Of a stretch of 64,000 bases of DNA, positions 59,179 to 64,000 are shown piece by piece. The stretch is from Longimicrobiales bacterium (GTDB lineage: Bacteria > Gemmatimonadota > Gemmatimonadetes > Longimicrobiales > Gaopeijiaceae). A model generated the notes under the pieces. The model made no database searches. It was not told the DNA's origin and saw nothing but the letters and a program-made list of their open reading frames with translations. The position numbers and the translations under genes were made by a program. The first letter of the stretch is position 1. Each line of letters begins with the position of its first letter. The DNA lies in contig OZ220732.1 of NCBI GenBank assembly GCA_965116905.1, positions 1,824,001-1,888,000 on the forward strand. Direction: 5' to 3'.

Positions 59179-60255
59179 ATGACCGCAAACTACGACATCG
59201 CCGTCATCGGTGCCGGGTTCGCCGGCCTCGCGTGCGCCCGCCGCGCGGCACAGCGCGGGCGCTCCGTAGTGGTCCTGGAGCGCAAGACCGAGCCGGGCGA
59301 GCGGATCCACACGACGGGGATCCTGGTCCGGGAAGCGTGGGAGGAGTGGGCCGCTCCCAGCGCCCTGGTCCGCCGGATCAACCGTGTCAGGGTGTATACG
59401 CCCAGCCACCGCTTCGTCGAACTCAACGGCGACCGCTACTTCTTCATGGCGACGGATACGGCGCGGCTGATGCGTCACCTGGTCGAAGAGACTCGGCGCT
59501 CCGGTGCCGAGGTCCGGTTCGGGGAGACGTTCCGGGGGATGGCGCTGCCGGAGGACCGGTCGCCGGAGACCTCGCTGTCGCTCGGCGATGCCGGAGTCGA
59601 CTGCCGTTTCCTGGTCGGGGCGGACGGCGCCCGCTCCCGCGTAGCCGAGAGCTTCGGCCTCGACCGCAACCGCCGGCTGCTCAAGGGAGTGGAGTGGGAA
59701 TTCGAGCCGTTGAGCAGCGCGGGCGACTGCCTGCACTGCTTCATCGATTCGAAGCATGCACCGGGGTATATCGGGTGGGTGGTGCCGGGCGTGGCCGCGA
59801 CCCAGGTCGGTCTGGCCGTTCATCGCCACCGCCGCGCCGACATGCCGGGCTTCATCCGCAGAATCGATTCCCTGTTCGGGTTGTCGGGAAAGCGCGTGCT
59901 GGAGAAGCGTGGCGGAGTGATCCCCATCGGGGGACTGTTGCGGAACTTCCATGGGGAAGATGTGGTGCTCATCGGAGACTCGGCCGGCATGGTGTCTCCG
60001 CTGACCGCCGGCGGCATTCACAACGCCTACCGGTTCGGCAGGCTCGCCGGCGACGCCATCACGGACTATCTGGAGAGAGGTGGGCCGCACCCGGGCGACG
60101 TCATACGCGGAGCATATGCCAGGGGGAGGTGGAAGCACGCCGCCCGTTGGAGCTACGACCACCTGCCCGTGGCCAGGGCCCTCGACGCCGGACTGGTGAC
60201 GTGGGGGATGTTTCGCAGACTGGCGGGCGCGGTTTTCTTCGACCGGATGCGATAG
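59179..60255 (+). CDS. Geranylgeranyl-reductase-like FAD-dependent oxidoreductase
   Basis: VIGAGFAG, GADGARS, PGYIGWVVP and GDSAG.VSPLTAGGI. Confidence 0.8.
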   Translation: MTANYDIAVIGAGFAGLACARRAAQRGRSVVVLERKTEPGERIHTTGILVREAWEEWAAPSALVRRINRVRVYTPSHRFVELNGDRYFFMATDTARLMRHLVEETRRSGAEVRFGETFRGMALPEDRSPETSLSLGDAGVDCRFLVGADGARSRVAESFGLDRNRRLLKGVEWEFEPLSSAGDCLHCFIDSKHAPGYIGWVVPGVAATQVGLAVHRHRRADMPGFIRRIDSLFGLSGKRVLEKRGGVIPIGGLLRNFHGEDVVLIGDSAGMVSPLTAGGIHNAYRFGRLAGDAITDYLERGGPHPGDVIRGAYARGRWKHAARWSYDHLPVARALDAGLVTWGMFRRLAGAVFFDRMR

Positions 60256-60266
60256 ACTTCGGATCG

Positions 60267-60315
60267 ACCGCGTCCCGTGGGTGTCGCGTAGAGGACCGGA
60301 ACCACGGAACGCGGT
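60267..60315. terminator. Hairpin downstream of the oxidoreductase
   Basis: ACCGCGTCCCGTGG / CCACGGAACGCGGT, 14-bp stem with one mismatch; no U-tract. Confidence 0.4.
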
Positions 60316-60410
60316 TCCCCCTGTCGGTCCCGGAGAGTCGTGGCTAATGTCCAGCTACACTCTGCAGGACCAGGGAGACAGGACCAAGGGGACGCAATTT
60401 GCAGCACCCT

Positions 60411-61775
60411 GTGAATCGTCGCGCCAGGACCCTCGGGCTACCGTGGCTGTTGGTCGTGTGCATGGTCGCTGCCTGCGGCGGGGGCGAAAGCGGCACCGCG
60501 CCGACCGATACCAATCAGGCGCCGACGGCCGTGGGCTCGATCCCGGCCCAGACCGTAACGGCCGGAGAGGTCGTCTCCTTCGATGTAGCATCGTACTTCA
60601 GCGACCCGGACGGTGACGCGCTGAGCTATGCGGCTGCGACTTCCAGCCCCGCAATCGCGTCGCCCACGGTTTCCGGCAGCACGTTGACGATCGCGGGAGT
60701 GTCCGACGGCGCGGCGACGGTGACGGTGACGGCGCGTGACCCGGGAGGCCTCACTGCGACGCAGAACGCCGCGGTCACGGTGGAGCGGCCAAACGGGCCG
60801 CCGATGCCCGCCGGCTCGATCCCCGCCCAGGTCCTCGAGGCAGACACGGAAGTCTCCTTCAACCTCGCGGAGTACTTCAGCGACCCGGACGGGGACGCGC
60901 TGACCTTCGCGGCATCCTCGTCCAACACGGATGTGGCTGCCACGCAGATTTCGGGCAGCCTCCTGACCATCACCGCCGTGGCACCGGGGGACGCGACGGT
61001 AACGGCGACGGCCACCGATCCGGGCGACCTGTCCGCCGAACAGGCGGTCACGGTCACCGTGGAAGAAGCGTCCATGGACCGGGAGATCCTGACCGCGTTC
61101 TACATTGGAACGGACGGCGCGGGCTGGAGAAACAACGCCAACTGGCTCAGCGAGGGTGCACTTGGCTCCTGGCACGGAGTTACGACGGATGATCGCGACC
61201 GCGTCACTCATCTTGAGCTGCCCAACAACGGCTTGCGCAACGCGATTCCGCGTGAACTCGGTGGACTGAAGAAGCTCGTCCGGCTGGACCTGAACAACAA
61301 TCGGTTTCTGAAAGGGATGATTCCGCGAGAACTCGGCGATCTCGAAGACCTGGAATGGCTGGATCTCAGCGAGACCCTGTTCTTCGCTCGCGGCGCGCTT
61401 CCTCCCGAGCTTGGGCAACTGAAGAAGCTGAAGCACCTCGACCTCAGCGAGATCGTCTGGTGGTCGCCTGACGATCCGACGATACCGTCGGAATGGGGGA
61501 ACATGGAGAGTCTGGAAACCCTGAACCTGAGCCACATCGGACTCAGGGGCATACTCCCTCCGCAGCTCGGCAATCTGACAAACCTCAAGCGCCTCGAAAT
61601 CAGCTACAATGTGTTCGAAGGGTCGATCCCGCGTGAATTCCTGAATCTCATGCTTGACAGGTTTTACTGGGTCGCGACGCAACAGCTGTGTGCTCCCGCC
61701 GACGACGAATTCCAGGCGTGGCTCAACGCGATTCCCGACCACAAGGGTCACTGGACCTGTGCGTCGGGTGGATAG
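60411..61775 (+). CDS. Lipoprotein with two Ig-like domains and plant-type LRRs
   Basis: Lipobox VAAC, two FSDPDGDAL modules, WHGV LRR cap, IPxELGxL repeats and LCAP C-terminal cap. Confidence 0.85.
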   Translation: MNRRARTLGLPWLLVVCMVAACGGGESGTAPTDTNQAPTAVGSIPAQTVTAGEVVSFDVASYFSDPDGDALSYAAATSSPAIASPTVSGSTLTIAGVSDGAATVTVTARDPGGLTATQNAAVTVERPNGPPMPAGSIPAQVLEADTEVSFNLAEYFSDPDGDALTFAASSSNTDVAATQISGSLLTITAVAPGDATVTATATDPGDLSAEQAVTVTVEEASMDREILTAFYIGTDGAGWRNNANWLSEGALGSWHGVTTDDRDRVTHLELPNNGLRNAIPRELGGLKKLVRLDLNNNRFLKGMIPRELGDLEDLEWLDLSETLFFARGALPPELGQLKKLKHLDLSEIVWWSPDDPTIPSEWGNMESLETLNLSHIGLRGILPPQLGNLTNLKRLEISYNVFEGSIPREFLNLMLDRFYWVATQQLCAPADDEFQAWLNAIPDHKGHWTCASGG

Positions 61776-63123
61776 GGCAACAGGGCTCGGCCCGGTCCTG
61801 CTGTGGGTCGGGTGGATGGTCGCCTGCGGCGGCGACGGCGGCGGCACGGGACCGTCCGATGACAACCGGGCCCCGGCGGCCGTGGGCACGATACCGGCGC
61901 AAACGGTCACGGCTGGGGAGATCGTGTCCCTCGATGTCACCTCCTACTTCAGTGATCCGGACGGCGATGCGCTGACCTACGCGGCCGCAACGTCCAGCCC
62001 CGCGGTCGCGTCGCCGACGGTTTCGGGCACGACCCTGACGATCGCGGGAGTGTCCGAGGGTTCGGCGGCGGTGACCGTCACGGCCAGCGACACCGGGGGA
62101 CTCACCGCGACCCAGAACGTCTCCGTGACGGTGCAGCGGCCCAACGAGGCTCCAGCCGTTACCGGAACAATCCCTCCCCAGGTCATCGATGCCGGTGGCG
62201 AGGTCTCCGTCAACCTTGCGGACTATTTCGGCGATCCCGACGGGGACGCGCTGATCTATTCGGCCTCGTCGTCCAGCGTCACCGTGGCCACCGTGCGGGT
62301 CGCGGGCAGCATCATGACCATCGCCGGGGCGGCGCCGGGCGACGCGACCGTGACCGCGACCGCCACCGACCCCGGTGACCTCTCCGCGAGCCAGGCCGTG
62401 ATGGTGACGGTCGAAGAGCCGTCGATGGACCGGGAGATCCTGCGCACGCTCTTCATCAACACGAGCGGAGGGAGCTGGACCAACAGCGGTGGCTGGCTGA
62501 CCGACGCCCCGCTCGACGACTGGTACGGCGTCAAGGCCGACAATCGTGACCGAGTTTCGGCGCTGGACCTGCCGGACAATTGGCTGCAGAACCGGATTCC
62601 GGGCGAACTCGGCGGACTGAAGCTTCTGGTCCGGCTGGACCTCAGCGAGAACAGGATGGAGGGCATGATCCCGCGCGAACTCGGCGACCTGGCGAATCTC
62701 GAGTGGCTGGACCTCAGCAACAGCCTGTTCTTCGCGCGCGGCACGATTCCGCCCGAGCTCGGCAAACTGAAGAAGCTGAAGCGGATGGACCTCAGCGAGA
62801 CCAGCTTCTTCGGGAGTGACGCCCGTCTTCCGAGTGAATTCGCGAATCTGGAGAGCCTGGAGCGACTGGACCTGAGAGATGCCGATCTGCATGGCAAGCT
62901 TCCGGTGCAACTGGGCGAGCTCCAGAATCTCAAGTGGCTGGACATCAGCGACAATTGGATGGAGGGCGAAATCCCGCGCGAGTGGATGAACCTCGATCTC
63001 GAGTACTTCCACTGGAAGCCCATCCTGGACAGCGTCGATCTCTGCGCGCCCGCCGATGCGGCTTTCCAGGCGTGGCTGAATTCGATTCCCGACCATGAGG
63101 GGGGTCGGACTTGCGGCGGATAG
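61759..63123 (+). CDS. Tandem paralog Ig-like/LRR lipoprotein
   Basis: Same architecture; GTG start overlaps the end of the first copy; lipobox MVAC. Confidence 0.85.
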   Translation: MRRVDRATGLGPVLLWVGWMVACGGDGGGTGPSDDNRAPAAVGTIPAQTVTAGEIVSLDVTSYFSDPDGDALTYAAATSSPAVASPTVSGTTLTIAGVSEGSAAVTVTASDTGGLTATQNVSVTVQRPNEAPAVTGTIPPQVIDAGGEVSVNLADYFGDPDGDALIYSASSSSVTVATVRVAGSIMTIAGAAPGDATVTATATDPGDLSASQAVMVTVEEPSMDREILRTLFINTSGGSWTNSGGWLTDAPLDDWYGVKADNRDRVSALDLPDNWLQNRIPGELGGLKLLVRLDLSENRMEGMIPRELGDLANLEWLDLSNSLFFARGTIPPELGKLKKLKRMDLSETSFFGSDARLPSEFANLESLERLDLRDADLHGKLPVQLGELQNLKWLDISDNWMEGEIPREWMNLDLEYFHWKPILDSVDLCAPADAAFQAWLNSIPDHEGGRTCGG

Positions 63124-64000
63124 GTGGCGCACTCCGCCTCGCCACGACCGTCGCGGTGATCGGCCTGGCGGCCCCGGCGGCACCGGGTATCGGCGAGGCG
63201 GCTTTCGGCCAGTCGATCCCGCTTTCCGAGGCCACGATCGCCGACCTCAACGCCGCTTTTGCGTCAGGATCGCTCACCTCGGAGCGCCTCGTCGAGCTCT
63301 ACCTTGCGCGCATACGGGCGTACGACGACCAGGGGCCGCGCCTGAACGCGATGATCGCCCTCAACCCACGCGCACTGGAAACCGCCCGGGCCCTCGACGA
63401 CGAGCGCCGGAGAAGCGGGCCGCGCTCGGCGCTGCACGGTATTCCGGTCATCCTGAAGGACAACGTGGACACGCACGACATGCCCACGACCGCGGGGTCA
63501 ATCCTGCTCAAGGGCTCGATCCCGCCTGACGACGCCTTCATCGTGCAAAAGCTGCGCGACGCGGGCGCCATCATCCTGGCCAAGGCGAACATGAGCGAGC
63601 TCGCCTCGGGCGTGCAGATGAGTTCGATCGACGGCCCCATGCGCAATCCGCATAATCTGGGCCGCACCCCGTCGGGATCGTCCGGGGGCACCGGGGTGGC
63701 CATCGCGGCCTCGTACGCACAGCTCGGCATCGGCACCGACACCGGCGGATCGGTCCGGGGGCCCTCCACCTCGAACGGCGTTGCGGGGCTCAAGCCCACG
63801 CTGGGACTGCTGAGCCGGGACGGGATCGTGCCCCTCGCGCTCTCCTTCGACACTGCGGGCCCGATGGCCCGGAATGTCTACGACCTGGCCGCCATGCTTG
63901 GCGCGATGGTGGGCGTGGACCCCGCCGACGAGGCTACTCTGGCGAGCCAGGGGCGGTTTGAGACCGACTACACCTCTTTCCTGGACGCCGCTGCTCTCGC
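63111..64000 (+). CDS. Amidase-signature family protein, 3' truncated by the window edge
   Basis: Read by hand from TTG 63111: signal peptide, LHGIPVILKDN, GSSGG, GTDTGGSVR and GLKPT. Confidence 0.88.
   Translation, partial: MRRIGGALRLATTVAVIGLAAPAAPGIGEAAFGQSIPLSEATIADLNAAFASGSLTSERLVELYLARIRAYDDQGPRLNAMIALNPRALETARALDDERRRSGPRSALHGIPVILKDNVDTHDMPTTAGSILLKGSIPPDDAFIVQKLRDAGAIILAKANMSELASGVQMSSIDGPMRNPHNLGRTPSGSSGGTGVAIAASYAQLGIGTDTGGSVRGPSTSNGVAGLKPTLGLLSRDGIVPLALSFDTAGPMARNVYDLAAMLGAMVGVDPADEATLASQGRFETDYTSFLDAAAL

Overview
GC-rich bacterial chromosomal window. The gene mix (secreted NHL and six-bladed beta-propeller proteins, Ig-like/LRR lipoproteins, an FGE/SUMF1-domain protein, three S9 peptidases, a DUF5916 outer-membrane protein) suggests a host-associated, possibly sponge-associated, Gemmatimonadota-like organism; this is inference only. 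1-33.5 kb is core or metabolic: peptidases, a DUF4143 ATPase, a CobB sirtuin, metY, an NAD-salvage pair, ppk1, a menF-menD-menB-menA-menE-tyrS operon lacking menH and menC, an RHH-PIN toxin-antitoxin pair and a D-aminoacylase. About 33.5-51.5 kb is a mosaic mobile/defence island. It holds several broken copies of one tyrosine-integrase family, an FGE-type (CLec-fold) gene that looks like a diversity-generating retroelement (DGR) target followed by a hairpin and a truncated avd with no RT or TR in the window, GmrSD-DUF4268, an MmeI-like type IIL enzyme, HigBA, a DUF4238 protein and a HipA/HTH pair. 51.5-56.4 kb has two NCS2 permeases with non-canonical substrate motifs, each fused to a degenerate RsbW-like HATPase domain, flanking a class III aminotransferase; this is the best candidate for an undescribed system. 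The window ends with an S9 peptidase, a GGR-like flavoprotein, two tandem Ig-LRR lipoproteins and a partial amidase. No rRNA, tRNA or CRISPR array was recognised. All calls come from reading motifs by eye; no searches were run.
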